Assembly (NCBI GenBank): GCA_951406725.2 | Contig: OX597828.1 | Span: 58,528,001 to 58,592,000, forward strand | Direction of reading: 5' to 3' | Length of the DNA stretch: 64,000 nt | Source of the DNA: Octopus vulgaris | Taxonomy: Eukaryota | Shown here: positions 12,393 to 26,302 of the stretch, in pieces | Layout: the number at the start of each line of letters is the position of its first letter | How positions within the stretch are numbered: the first letter of the stretch is position 1 | Notes under the pieces: model-generated | Seen by the model: the letters and a program-made list of their open reading frames with translations, nothing else | Told to the model about the DNA's origin: nothing | Database searches by the model: none | Made by a program: the position numbers and the translations under genes

Positions 12393-15300
12393 GTGTTTAT
12401 CTTTGATCTCAATATTAACTAATCTCATGTCTGGCACTCTGTTATTTATCCATCTTGTTTATCCATATAATAAAGATAATTAGTAGATGTTTCACAGGTA
12501 ATTACAGCGGAACTGATGTTAATTGATAGAACGTTTAGTCTAACTTGGCTCTGTGTATTTAGAAAGACTCTAGTGATACTTTTTAACTGGTCTCTCCTAA
12601 TTGACTGCTCGTTATATCAGGGTGGAATCATATTAATTATTTAAAAGACAATCCATCAATGTTATATTTTCTTTTATTTGTTATTCCCCTCTAAACCCCC
12701 CACCCACCTACCAAAAAAAGAAGAAGCTATGACCTGACTGAAATGTTAGCATATCAGATGAAATGCCCTGTGCAATATTTCTAATGATTTAGGCGGTGAG
12801 CTGGCAGAATCACTAGCACACCAGGCAAAATGCTTAGCAGCATTTTGTCCGTCTTTACATTGTGAGTTCAAATTCCGCTGAGGTTGGCTTTGCCTTTCTT
12901 CCTTTCATGGTTGATAAGATGAGTGCAAGTTGAGCACTGGGGTTGATGTAATCAACTTACCCCTTTCCTGAACTTGGATGGCCTTGTGCCAAAATTTGAA
13001 ATCAATATTTCTTTCGGTTCTTTCAGAATTCAAGCTTTTCATCCTTTTCATCATCATCATCATCATCATCGTTTAACGTCCGTTTTCCATGCTAGCATGG
13101 GTTGGACGGTCCGACTGGGGTCTGGGAGGCTGCACCAGGCTCCAGTCTGATCTGGCAGTGTTTCTACAGCTGGATGCCCTTCCTAACGCCAACCACTCCG
13201 CGAGTGTTGTGGGTTCTTTTTACGTGCCAGGGGAGGCTGGCAACGTCCATGATCGGTTGGTGCTTTTTACGTGCCACCAGCACGGAAGCCAGTGAAGGTG
13301 GCGCTGGCATCGACCACGTACAGATAGTGCTTTTAATCAAATACTGGAGTCAATGGTAGCAGCTAACACCCAACCATTGAAAAATTATGGTTTTGTGCTT
13401 ACAGTAGAAGCAGGCCCAGATTAAGACCCACAGAAGCCTTAAGCACTTACAAGATCTTTGTGTCCCCATATATATACTCTTTACTCTTACTCTCTCTTTT
13501 ACTTGTTTCAGTCATTTGACTGTGGCCATGCTGGAGCACCGCCTTTAGTTGAGCAAATCGACCCCAGCACTCATTCTTTGTAAGCCTAGTACTTATTCTA
13601 TCAGTCTCTTTTGCCGAACCGCTAAGTTACGGGGACGTAAACACACCACCATCGGTTGTCGAGCTATGTTGGTGGGGGGACAAACACAGACACACAAACA
13701 TAAACACACTCACACACACATACATATATATGATGGGCTTCTTTCAGTTTCTGTCAACCAAATCCACTCACAAGGCTTTGGTTGGCCCAAGGCTATAGTA
13801 GAAGACACTTGCCCAATGTGTCACACAGTGGGACTGAACCTGGAACCATGTGATTGCTAAACAAGCTACTTACCACACAGCCAATCCTACGCCTAGTTAT
13901 TTCTAATAAAAAAGAATTTACTTATTCTTTGTATGCCTAGTACTTATTCTATCGGTCTCTTTTGCTGAACTGCTAAGTTACAGGGACGTAAACACACCAG
14001 CATTGGTTGTCAAGCGATGTTGGGGGGACAAACACAGATGCACAAACATATACCCACACATACATATACATATATACGATGGGCTTCTTTCAGTTTCCGT
14101 CCACCAAATCCACTCACAAGGCTTTGGTCGGCCCAAAGCTGTAGTAGAAGACACTTGCCTAAGGTGCCACGTAGTGGGACTGAACCTGGAACCATGTGGT
14201 TAGTCAGCAAGTTACTTACCACACAGCCACACCTGCGCTTATATATGTAATTCAAAATATAAACAATAATAAGCTGTAAAATAAATTTTAATTATTTTTA
14301 ATGCCGGTGGCACGTAAAATACACCAATCTGACCGTACGACAGGCACCCATGCCAACCCCAGTGCTTGCGAAGACATGTTGGGGCAAGCGAAATCGAAAT
14401 CGAATTGAACCAGCCAGGATCCCTGGTCTGGTGGTACGTAAAAAGCACTATCCGACTCGTGGCCGATGCCAGCACCCCCTCGTCTGGCTTCCGTGCAGGT
14501 GGCACATAAAATACACCAATCCGACCGTGGCCGTTGCCAGCCTCGCCTGGCACCTGTGCAGGTGGCACGTGAAAAGCACCCACTACACTCACGGAGTGGT
14601 TGGCGTTAGGAAGGGCATCCAGCTGTAGAAACACTGCCAGATAAGACTGGAGCCTGGTGCAGCCTTCTGGCTTTCCAGATCCCCGGTCGAACCGTCCAAC
14701 CCATGCTAGCATGGAGAACGGACGTTAAACGATGATGATGATGATGATGATGAAACAAAACTACCAGTAAGATAGAAAATAATGTTCATATTTGTTTACT
14801 TCCACTTTACATTTAAAAAATTTTTCTCGTACATTTTTTTTGTAATTGCAGAGTCTTTGATCAGATCCTCACCATGACTCTACGAACACTTTGGAATTAC
14901 ATTTCTGACTATATAAACCACTTTGAATATTATTTTTGCAAGTTTGAAGTGATTTCTTTTGTACCATAAACCATTTACCATCTCTGTGGCACCCCACTCC
15001 CTTAGATGCCCTAAACATTTGCTTATTTTGGTTCATGGTTAATCCAGCACTGAATCGAGACCACTATTTTTTTGCCAAAACTATTATTTCTGCTATTATC
15101 AAATAGTAACAATATAAAATTTTAGGTAAGAAAATAATTATCAAGAATATACTTTTTGACAAGCTTAAATCAAATCTCTTTGACAAACAGGTAAAAATGA
15201 AATACTCAAAGAAAGTATTTTAATATTACAGAGATGTACTTGCATAGCAAGTGACTTAATCTGAGATCGTGTGCTGGAACGAAAACAGTTGCAGCGTGGA

Positions 15301-16218
15301 AGGTGTTTGTAAGCCATTTAAGAAACACACAAAAACTGTTAGATTCACTTCAACATTTAAATTTAATTTGTCAAAATATTTCCGTCGCTTTGAGGCCGCG
15401 ACCTGTTCACTGACAAAAGCAGCATGGAATTTTGTCAATGAATAGGTCTCAGTCTCAAATCACAAGGCTTTGGTCGGCCTGAGGCTATAGTAGAAAACAC
15501 TTGGCCAAGGTGCCACACAGTGGGACTGAACCTGGAACCATGTGGTTGGTAAGCAAGCTACTTACCACACAGCCACTCCTAAGCATGTATTCAATGGATA
15601 AAATAATGCATCTACATGCATTCTTTTTTATTATTTCTAGCTTGATGGACTTTGAGATTCACTATTCCAAAAAGAAAAAAAAAATTATTTTACATTCTCC
15701 TGAAAGTTTACAAATTCTTATGATGACAATCTTTTTTTTTTCCCGCTCTTTAAATAAATAAAAAGTGTTGGAAATTAGCAATTCCCCCCCCCACACACAC
15801 ACACACACCATCACCTTCTTAAGGAGTAAATAATTTGTTTATATTCTTTATCACCAGATAGAACTAAAGAGATAAACATCAAATAAAAAGACTGGTCTTT
15901 GATATCGTTGTGGGTTTGGCTCGGTGGCGGGGTCTCGAAGAAAACTGCTTTTTGATGTTATTTTACATTCTACACTTATCTGAATGTTTTATTAGACAAT
16001 GAAGGGCTGAGGAAGAAGCAAACATTGTCGGCATGCATAAAGGATTAACTGACCTTAATCCAGCCCGATTATTTTATCCATTTAATACTTCTTCCTTAAG
16101 ACAGTAAAATATGACTTGACGGAGTTTTGGCTGATGTTTCTAGCAGATCGATTAACTCCGAAAAAGATCCCTTCGTTGTTGTTGTTGTTGTGCAGGTTAA
16201 AGCAAGGAGTAAAGTAGT

Positions 16219-16354
16219 CCGGAAGTTCTGCGAATGCTCCTGGCAACTGTTGCTAAGATGCTACGTCTCTCACCAATAATAAACAGGTTCCAAGTTTTGT
16301 TTGTTTGTTTTGTTAATGTTGTTTTCGTCCTAATGACGCCGCTTCCCTGACAAC
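16219..16354 (+). promoter_or_regulatory. Putative SAXO promoter with ETS, RFX X-box-like and forkhead motifs
   Basis: CCGGAAGT at 16219-16226; CCTGGCAAC and GTTGCTAAG half X-boxes at 16239-16257; ATAAACA and TGTTTGTTT at about 16279-16310; GCTTCCCTGACAAC at 16341-16354. CpG-richer than the flanks, 190-330 bp before the ATG. Confidence 0.55.
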
Positions 16355-16543
16355 AGTTGTGTTGTGTTACAGTTTATTCCCGTCCAGATTTCCAAGCTTC
16401 GGTGTTAAATTTTTGTATCTTTCAAGGAGAAGACGAGTTGTGTGTGTGGCACAACTTATTATTTCTCAGGGCTAATTTCGATATCTTTTACACCTATTTC
16501 TGTATTTTGGGAACTGAGAATATTTTGAAGCTTGAATTTAACC

Positions 16544-16581
16544 ATGACTCTGAAATGTATTTGTAACATATGCACTTGTGG
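16544..16581 (+). CDS. SAXO: SAXO family (stabilizer of axonemal microtubules, FAM154) coding exon 1
   Basis: ACC-ATG, MTLKCICNICTC-G(G), then a GTAAGT donor; matches the SAXO N-terminal CICxxCxCGRH motif. Confidence 0.9.
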
Positions 16582-16735
16582 GTAAGTCACTACAATTATT
16601 TTGGACTATTGCTACACTTTATCACCGAGCACAAAATTAATTCACGTACAATGTGCATGTTTGTCCTACATAAGCAGCCTTTCTTCTCGCTACACAAAAA
16701 AAACATGCACAAAAAGACAGGTACTCAGTCGTACA

Positions 16736-18552
16736 TATGCAGGTGTGTCCCACAGATAACCCGTTTCCTAATAATTTTAGTAAAATGGATATTTTCGAAA
16801 GAAAATTTTCTGCAAATATTTTCAGATGGTGTATGTAGATTCCAATTGTTTATATTAGAAGTTGTGAAATTTTTCTTTCATCGGTTGAAGAGAGAGGAGT
16901 TTCGGTAAATTCACATGGGTCGGCTTTGTTACCTCATAATTAGCAGAAAATTAGATATTTTTAAATGAGCGGTTCTCAACCGGAGTCCATGTAAGATTCT
17001 TTTTTGTGGGGGTGGGGTTATGCAACAAAATAATAAATTGGGGATCCACGATAGTATTTTAAGGGCCCTGAAAAATTTTGCTTTAGCTGTATGTATCGGC
17101 ACGTATCGCAAGAAACATTTTACATGGTTCGGTCTACACTAGTGAATGTGGGGAAAACAAAATAGGGATTTTGAAAAGAATTTCTGTAAAACTAGTTTTT
17201 AGATCGAATAGCTATGGCAGTCCACAGAATAAAATAGTAATCAAAGGAGTTCATAGATAATTTTTTTTTTAAATGTAAATATTAAAAAAGAAAAAGTTTC
17301 AATTCTAAAGATGAGGCATTTTCTTTTTTTAGCTCTAATTAATAGTATTTACTATCTTCACAGTGTTTACAGCTTTACAAAATTAAATTAGAAAATTCTT
17401 TTCTACTCTCGGCACAAGGCCCGAAATTATGGGGGAGAGGGCCAGTCGATTAGATCGATCTCCGTATGCAACTGGTACTTAATTTGTCGACCCCGAAAGG
17501 CAAAGTCGACCTTGGGGGAATTTGAACTCAGAACATAAAGACAGACGAAATACCGCTAAGCATTTCGCCCGGCGTGCTAATGTTTCTTATTTCTTTATTG
17601 CCCACAAGGGGCTAAACATAGAGGGGACACACAAGGATAGAGAAAGGGATTACATCAACCTCAGTGCGTAACTGGTTCTTAATTTATCGACCCCCAAAAG
17701 GATGAAAGGCAAAGTCGACCTCGGCGGAATTTGAACTCAGAACGTAGCGGCAGACGAAATACCTATTTCTTTACTACCCGCAAGGGGCTAAATGCAGAAG
17801 GGACAAACAAGGACAGACAAACGGATTAAATCAACTCCAGTGCGTAACTGGTACTTATTTAATCGACCCCGAAAGGATGAAAGGCAAAGTTGACATCGGC
17901 GGAATTTGAACTCAGAACGTTGCGGCAGACGAAATACCGCTAAGCATTTCGCCCGGCGTGCTAACGTTTCTGCCAGCTCGCCACCTTATTAAATTAGAAA
18001 ATTTGACAAAATAGAGAATACAATTGAAAAAATTAAAAAGAAAAAAAAAAGAGAAATAAGAATGGTTGAGAACCCCTGTTCTAAATGAAATTTACTACAA
18101 ATACCTTTCAATAGTGTAGATTACAATTATATCTGAATTTGATGTGAAAAAGCAATTAGTGGACGCCCACGCATATATACATACTTACATACATCGCGTA
18201 AGTTTTTCAAAATTTCAAGTTCCATTTGTGTATGATCATGTATGTGTTCGAGCCCACCAATGGGTTTTTCCACATTAATTTCCAATATAATTGTAATCTA
18301 CACCATCTGTAGAGTATTTGTAAAAAATTCCATCTAAAAATACCGAATTTTCTGCAAGCTAGAAGGAAACAAAGCCGACTCGTGAATTTTCCTCTCTCCA
18401 CCCTCGGAAAAAAATTTCACAATAAATTCCAATATAACCGGTGTTTACACAATCTGAAAGGTATTTGTAAGAAAAAAAATCATTAAAAAGAGATCAGGAT
18501 CTTTAAAGGTTATGAGGAAACGAAGTCGGTGGGGCACACTTGTGTAGGTATG
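16736..18552. repeat. Diverged foldback (inverted repeat) interrupted by a hAT MITE
   Basis: 16736-16966 joined to 18087-18195 is the reverse complement of about 18225-18552; a third copy lies at about 19690-19985. Confidence 0.7.
16967..18078. mobile_element. hAT-type MITE carrying nested family B SINEs
   Basis: Termini (G)AGCGGTTCTCAACC and GGTTGAGAACCCCTG; 8-bp TSD TTTTAAAT/TTCTAAAT; SINE copies at 17395-17985. Confidence 0.8.
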
Positions 18553-19152
18553 CCTTGTAGATATATAAAGATGGACGAAATGTTTGCTTTTATATTCGTT
18601 TGATACACATTTTTTTTCACCTATTACACTTGTTTTTTTTTTCGGTGGCCTTTTGTTAAAGTAAGCATTAACCAAAATCAGTATCTCTTTGTTCTGTGTG
18701 TAATATTTCAGATCTATTCTACCGCATATCTCTGACCGTGACTATCGTGTCTTTTTATATACGAAGGTCTACATAGTCTCATGTGGAAATTTGGCTGTAT
18801 TTACTTGCAGATTGAGTGATCCTAGCCCTCTACTTCGAGTTGCCCAGGTTAGCCATAATTAGGCAGACCTATGATTAAATGTAATTCCAGCCGTGACTGT
18901 CCCATCTTTCCCCAATGAAAGACTTATGTCTCTCTAGTTCTCCCATGACTAATATGGTAGTGGGCCGGGAACCTTAAGTGTTGGCAATAAAATCTGAAAG
19001 TTGGTGCTTGAAATATGGGTCGTAGATTAAGCAAAGCAAATATTCACTAATCCTCATTGGTGAGGGAACATTATCTTTACTGAAACAACGGTAGTTGTAT
19101 CGTAAAATTATAGATAAAGCCATTTATATAATAGACTTACTCTATGTTCAGT

Positions 19153-19498
19153 GAAGGCGCATGGCTCAGTGGTTAGAGCGTCGAGCTTACGATCGTGAGG
19201 TTGTGAGTTCGAATCCTGGACCGGGCTGCGTGTTGTGTTCTTGAGCAACACACTTTATTTCAGGTTGCTCCAGTTAACTCAGCTGTAGATATGAGTTGCG
19301 ACGTCACTGGGGCCAAGCTGCATCGGCCCCTTTGCCTCTCCCTTGGACAACATCGGTGACGTGGAGAGGGGAGGCCGGTATACATGGGCGACTGCTGCTC
19401 TTCCATAAACAAACAACCTTGCCCGGACTTGTGCATGGGAGGGTAACTTTCTAGGTGCAATCCCACGGTCAGTCATGACCAAAGGGGGTCTCAATAAA
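19153..19498 (+). mobile_element. tRNA-derived SINE family D with 14-bp TSD
   Basis: A box TGGCTCAGTGG and B box GAGTTCGAATCC; TSD ACTCTATGTTCAGT at 19139-19152 and 19499-19512. Confidence 0.9.
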
Positions 19499-20861
19499 AC
19501 TCTATGTTCAGTTGAGTTCTATCTCTGCAAACCGATTTCAAGAGCAGGTTTCAATCCCTGGCAAAGTTAGTTTAATTAACTTATGCTGCTAATACTTCTC
19601 AATACTTTGCTTTCACGTTTCGTTTTGTAGATATATATGTGATGTGTGTCATAGTGTAATTTGTTTGTGCCTACCAATTGTTTGTCTTCATTAAATTCTG
19701 ATTTGATTGTAATCTACATCATCTGAAAGGTATTTCTAGAAGATTTCATTAGAAAAAATACAGAATTTTACTGCAAGCTATGAGGAAACAAACCTGACTT
19801 TTGTGGATCTTCTCAAACTCCTCTCTCCATTTTTAGAAAATAAATTTCATGAGAAATTCTGCTCCATATTAGAATCTACACCAGTGGGAAAATATTTGCA
19901 GAGAATTTCATTTAAGCTATCCATTTTTCTGACAGTTTTGAGGAAAACAAAGTTGGTGGCAGGGGCACACTTGGGTAGGTATCACAGAAAAATAGATGAT
20001 ACGTACGAATGTCGCCTTTCCTATATTTTAAAGCAGGAGTCCCCAACCACCAGGCTGCCCAGAGGGAATAAATTTTAAATGTTATTTCTATTTTATCGAA
20101 TGTCACAGTATGCAGAGTGTTTTTACAATATATATGTATTCTTTTCTACTTTAGGCAAAAGGCCCGGAATTTTGGGGGTGGAAGTAAAAGTAAAAATAAC
20201 AGATATGTTTTGACATTTTAGAATCTCCCCAGTGAAGTGTATTCACTTGGCATGACTAAGCGTGATTGATACATGTGTATGTGTGTGCCCTAGCACATCT
20301 TCACCATCCTTCTTTTCTTCTAACTGGGGTAACTACGTATCTGACCTACAGAGATACACAGTTACCTGATCCTGTCCCTCTATCATACTTTAACCTCTTA
20401 TCACTAAGGCATAAAGCCACCTCCCTCAACTACTACTTCCCACCTCAGTTGTGGGGTCTTGCCTTGTGAGTTACTTGGTGACCTGACTAATACTAGTGCC
20501 ATGTACAAAGCACCCAGTATCCTCTTTAAAGTGGTTGGCGTTAGAAAGGGCACTTAGCCATAGAAATCAGGCCAGTTTGACTCAGCTCCATATGACCTAG
20601 TTTCATGGGCATGTAGAATGAATCTGATGAAATATGTTTGTCCTATGTACCCACAAAAGTTTTCATAAGTCATTTAGAACTGAGTCAAATTGTTATTAAA
20701 AATATAATGTAACTCCCACTAAATGTATTTAGTGCTGCTTTCTTTTATTTGTAGACAGATATTAAACTATGATGATGATGATATATGTGTACCATCTAAG
20801 AATCCATAAGTCAGAAAAAATATGCACCTGTATATTTGTCAATAGAGTGGGTGTATTAATA

Positions 20862-21146
20862 AAAGTGTACAGTATAATATATCCATTACAGCCAATCTTA
20901 CCATTCAGTTTCACACTTAGGGTTCAGTGGAGTGTTAGATAACCTGATTATATAACACTGCACTCTTCAGAGATGGCAGTCATGGAATGAAAAAGAGAGA
21001 ACAGTCATAATATTTCATTCTATAACTGTTGTCACTGAAGAGTGCAGAGTTGCATAACTGAGCTGTTATCTAACATTCTGTTAGATCCCTTGTGCGAAAC
21101 TCATTGGTAAAATCAGATGTATTGGATGTATAGTACAGTACACTTT
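20862..21146. mobile_element. Palindromic MITE (TA-CAGT termini, Tc1/mariner-pogo-like)
   Basis: Left and right halves are diverged reverse complements; a half copy lies at about 7270-7420. Confidence 0.7.
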
Positions 21147-21679
21147 GGTCAATATATGTAAACATAATTTAAAGTCAGTATTGGTATAAAACTTGTAGTT
21201 TACTTTACAAAGCTCCTCCACAAGTTTTAGCTAACAAAGGCTATCATACAATAAAATTGATATTTCACAAGATACACATCTCTAATTCTGTGATATCTGT
21301 AAAGTTTATACAAAAGTGTGAATAATAGAAAACGAATTGAGCAACATACATGACACTACAGTTGTTTCGGTGTAGATTTGCCAGTAGAGACATTGTCAAA
21401 GTAGTAAATAAAATGTAAATTAACGCATGTGGCAGAATTGCTAGCATGCCAGACAGTGGTGTTTCATCTGTCTTTATGTTCTGAGTTCAAATCCTGCCAA
21501 AGTCGACTTTCTTTTCCATCCTTCTGGAGTTGATAAAATAAGTACCAGTCCAGTACTGGGATTGACATAATCAACTAATCTCCCACTCTTTGAATTTTGT
21601 GCCTTGCGGCTGTTCTAGAGAGGATTATTCATCAACAACATTGGTGAATTGTGCCTCTTTGAGTGTTGCTAGAATAATG

Positions 21680-21719
<40 letters not shown>

Positions 21720-21968
21720 TAATGATTTCAAATTTTTGCCACAAGGGCAGCTTGGGGAAGGGGATTAAGTTGATTACATCGACCCCAGTGTTTCACTGGT
21801 ACTTAATTTATTGACTCTGAATGGATGAAAGGCAAAGCTGACCTCAGCAGAATTTGAACTCAGAACGTAGCAATGGGTGAAATACCACTAAGCATTCTAT
21901 GCCAGTGTGCTAACGATTCTGCCAGCTCGCTACATTAATAATAATGATAATAATAATAATAATAACAA

Positions 21969-22525
21969 ATGTCCTGATGCAGTACCAGGCAGTGGCTCTC
22001 ATGGCTTCTGATCTTAACTGATTGGAAGTGTTATCATGTACATTGTTTTGTCTTGGTATAAAAGATGGGCTACAGCAAATATTCTGCTCAATACCACAGA
22101 TTTGCTTATCAGTTGTTTGACCTTAACCAATTGAGCATGTCCCTTAGTGGCTGACGATATGTGCATCTCTGATCATGAGCAGAAGTAGTGGGAAAGCATC
22201 ATAGCCATGTGTTGAGAGGGATTCTTTGGGGTTTGAATAGTTCACCTCTGGAAACATGGGTGGTTCTTTCAACATCCTTAAACAACCCTTATTCAGGGAC
22301 CGTTTGAGCGGGATGGGCTACTCAACCTGAAGAAAATTCTAACTGGGCCCCACCTGCAAGGTCATGTGCTGTTTATCTTGATATGAGATCACCATGTCGC
22401 GCACATATGGTTGTGATGCATGTGCCTGGTGTACCTTTATCAGACGGGTAGTCATGATGGGTATATTGGGCTTCGTATATTTTACCCCAGTGTCACTTTG
22501 ATGGCATGCACTGCTCTCTCACTCA
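21969..22525 (+). mobile_element. (TAA)n-embedded retroelement 3' region (Dong/R4-associated)
   Basis: Flanked by (TAA)n on both sides and ends GCACTGCTCTCTCACTC-AATAATAA; related copies at 24427-24625(-), 27247-27642 and about 35975-36003. Confidence 0.65.
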
Positions 22526-23687
22526 ATAATAATAATAATAATAATTATAATCCTTTATACTATAGGCATAAGGCCTGGATTTGTGTGGAGGGGGATGGAC
22601 AATCACATCAACCCCAGTACATGACTAGCTCTTAATTTAATGACTCAGAAAGGATGAAAGGCAAAGTCAACCGTGGCAGAATTTGAACTCAGAACATAGC
22701 AACGGCCTCACAGAGGCAATGACAAAAGACAGAGACCTCTGGAGATATGCTGTGACTGTGAAGACCCGACAAATGAAGTGAATTCATGGCTCGCAGGATG
22801 GCCTGCTATGCTTACCTTGGATCATAGGGTGACCTGCTGTGCTTGAGGAGACATATTGAGTCAAGTACATCAACATCAAAATAAAAATCAAATGGAAATT
22901 GTGATTGTGATACCCGTGCCAGTGGCTCGTAAAAAGTACCAACTACACTCATGGAGTGGTTGGCATTAGGAAGGGCATCCAACTGTAGAAACACTGCCCG
23001 GTCAGACTGGAGCCTGGTGCTGCCTCCTGGCTTCCCAGACCCCAGCTGAACCGTCCAACCCATGCTAGCATGGAGAACGGATGCTAAACGATGATGATGA
23101 TGATGATATGTATATATATATATATATGTATGTAAATATTGAGCGAGGCAAATGAGTGCTCAACACTCCATTGGTGGATAAAGATTCTTTATTTGTGCAT
23201 TAAGGCTACCATTGGTTTTATTCTAAAAAATATTTTAACATTTCTTCAAACTGATCACATAGGAAGATTCGTGTTTATCTCCATTTTGAGTTAAAACATG
23301 AAATCCGAAATAGTGACAAACACCAATTTTTCTGTGATCAGCTTCAAGAATTGTTAAGACATTTTTAAACATGAGACCTATATTAGCCTTAATGCACAAA
23401 TAAAGTGTGTGTGTGTGTGTGCATGTACATATTGTGAGAGAAATAGTGAGTGAGAGAAAGAGAGAGAAAGAGAAAGGAATGTAGTGACTCTTGGTTATGG
23501 ATGTCAGCAATATTTAAAGATTTTGAGGAGTGGCTGTGTGGTAAGTAGCTTGCTTACCAACCACATGGTTCCGAGTTCAGTCCTGCTGCATGACACCTTG
23601 GGCAAGTGTCTTCTACTATAGCCTCGGGCCGACCAAATCCTTGTAAGTGGATTTGGGAGACGGAAACTGAAAGAAGCCTGTCGTATA

Positions 23688-23739
<52 letters not shown>

Positions 23740-24194
23740 AGTGTATATGTTTGTGTGTCTGTGTTTGTCACCCCAACATCACTTGACAACCGATGCTGGT
23801 GTGTTTACGTCCCTGTAAGTTAGCGGTTTGGCAAAAGAGATCGATAGAATAAGTACTGGGCTTACAAAGAATAAGTACTGGTGTCGATTTGCTCAACTAA
23901 AGGCGGTGCCCCAGTATGGCCACAGTCAAATAACTGAAACAAGTAAAAGAGTAACTGAGATGAGTTTTCATGTTATAATTATTTGGCTAATTTCTGTTGC
24001 TCAAAAGTTTTCAATTCACTGAATTAAATATGGCAGACATTACCATATTTATATTTAGTGTGCCAAACACTCCTTTTGCCCCATTCTTGGAATATTTTCT
24101 GTCAGCTAATTGGGTCGGTATTGGTTTCCCTTGTGGCAACAGGATGGTTTTGTTTTTTCTTGACCTACTTACATTTCAACAGAGGAGTCCGTCC

Positions 24195-24225
<31 letters not shown>

Positions 24226-24378
24226 CTTTTTCTTCTTCCCCCTCCCCTCCCCCCCCTCGTCCTCCTCATCCTTCTTTAATTATATGCTATTAGTTACACT
24301 AATTAGGACAATTGTATTGATACACTTTAGCAGAGATTTTGAACCTGATTCATTTGCCATTTAAAAAAAAGAAATCAA

Positions 24379-24426
<48 letters not shown>

Positions 24427-25364
24427 GAGTGAGAGAGCAGTGCATGCCATCAAAGTGACACTGGGGTAAAATATATGAAGCTCAGTATACCCATCATGAC
24501 TACCCGTCTGATAAGAGTACACCAGGCACATGCATCACAATCATATGTGTGCGACATGGTGATCTCATATCAAGATAAACAGCACATGACCTTGCAGGTG
24601 GGGCCCAGGTACAATTTTCTTCTGGTCGCATATATATGTATATGCATATGAGTTCATGCTCACAGGACGGCCTTGGATCGTAGAGTGATCTGCTGTTCTT
24701 GAGGAGACCTGTTGAGTCAAGTTCATCAACATCAAAATAAAAATTCAAATGGAAATTGTAGTTAAGATACCCATGCCGGTGACACATAAAAAGCACTGTC
24801 TGAACGTGGCAGATACTAGCGTCGCCGGACTGGCATCCGTGTCGGTGACACGTAAAAGCACCAACCGATCGTGGCCGTTTGCCAGCCTGCTCTTGCTCCT
24901 GTGCCGGTGGCACGTAAAAAACACCCACTACACTCACGGAGTGGTTGGTGTTAGGAAAGGCATCCAGCTGTAGAAACACTGCCAAATCAGACTAGAGCCT
25001 GGTGCAGCCTCCATGGCCTACCAAACCCCGGTCAAATCGTCCAACCCATGCTAGCATGGAAAACGGACGTTAAATGATGATGATGATGATGATGATACAT
25101 ATACATATATGGGCATGGCTGTGTGGTTAGGGAGCTTGCTTCCTAGCTATATGGTTTCGGGTTCAGTCCCACTGCGTGGCACTTTGGGTAGGTGTCTTCC
25201 ACTATAGCCCCGAGCCGACCGGAGCTTTGTGATTGAATTCGGTAGGTGGAAGTTACTGCCGTGTGTGTATGTGTGCGTATAGCTGCTCAGTGCCTCTCCG
25301 AAAGAGAGAGGGGGATATCATGCTGGCATGGAAAGCGGACGTTAAACAATGATGATGATGATGC

Positions 25365-25397
<33 letters not shown>

Positions 25398-25967
25398 TGA
25401 GAGGCTAGATCTGATGAGTTTGAACATAGAATATCTGGAATATTTTTGCTGCATATGTCCACTTTAAATGTTAAAGAGTTAATGTCCATTTTTGCATGCT
25501 CACATGGATCAGACAGAATTTGTTTTGGGTTGGCAACAGGAAGAGGTAGTGAAGAAATGGTTGAAGAAGAAATAGAGGAGTGGGGTTGGGGAAGAAGTGG
25601 TACTAGAAAAAAACTAGAGAAGGAGCAGAAGAAAATCAAAGGAGGACGGAGAAATCCTCATCAAAATATTGACATTTGTTTACATAGCAGAATTTCATGT
25701 ATGATCTTGACAACTGATAATATTAACTGATGTAGTTGTCAATTATGATTAATTAATAGCTTAATGAGTTTTGTTTCCTGTCTGAATGACAAATAAATAA
25801 ATAAATAAATTATTTTATCAATTTAGAAAATTTGCATGCTGAGATCATAACAAAAATATTATTTTTAAAAATTTAGTTTTTGTCTGACTTTCCCGCTTTC
25901 TGAGGAAGACAAAGTATATATCAGTATGTTGTTATGTGGCTATGTTTGAAATCTGTCATATTTTAAA

Positions 25968-26302
25968 CTAGCAGTATCGCCCGGCGTTGCTCAGGTTTGT
26001 AAGGGAAATAACTATAAAGCATTTTTAGAGAGTTATAGCCAAAAAATAGCAAAAAAATGGAAAAAAATGATGGTTTGCGGTTTGTGTTTCTGATTCTCGA
26101 CCCCATGTCGAATTTATCGATTTTTTTCAGAACTGGGGGAACTTTTCAAAATTTTCGCTGCGTTAGTTTTGAATTATGACATTGGGCTATGTGTGTGTCA
26201 AGTTTCATCAGAATCGGTTGAAAGCCGTGGTCAGGGTGAGGGTACAAGCAAACAGACACACAGAAACACGCACAGACAAACTGCCATTTATATAGAGAGA
26301 GA
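25968..26302 (-). mobile_element. Non-autonomous Helitron
   Basis: On the - strand: A|TCTCTCTCTATATAAA start, GC-rich subterminal GCAACGCCGGGC, CTAG|T end. Confidence 0.8.

Noticed and set aside
13089-14712. Recurrent peptides such as FLQLDALPNANHS and GTEPGTMWLVSKLLTTQP
   Set aside because: These are SINE consensus translations, not a protein family.
19153-19225. tRNA-like sequence (also SINE heads at 40661 and 62820)
   Set aside because: It continues into a SINE body with tail and TSD; not a tRNA gene.
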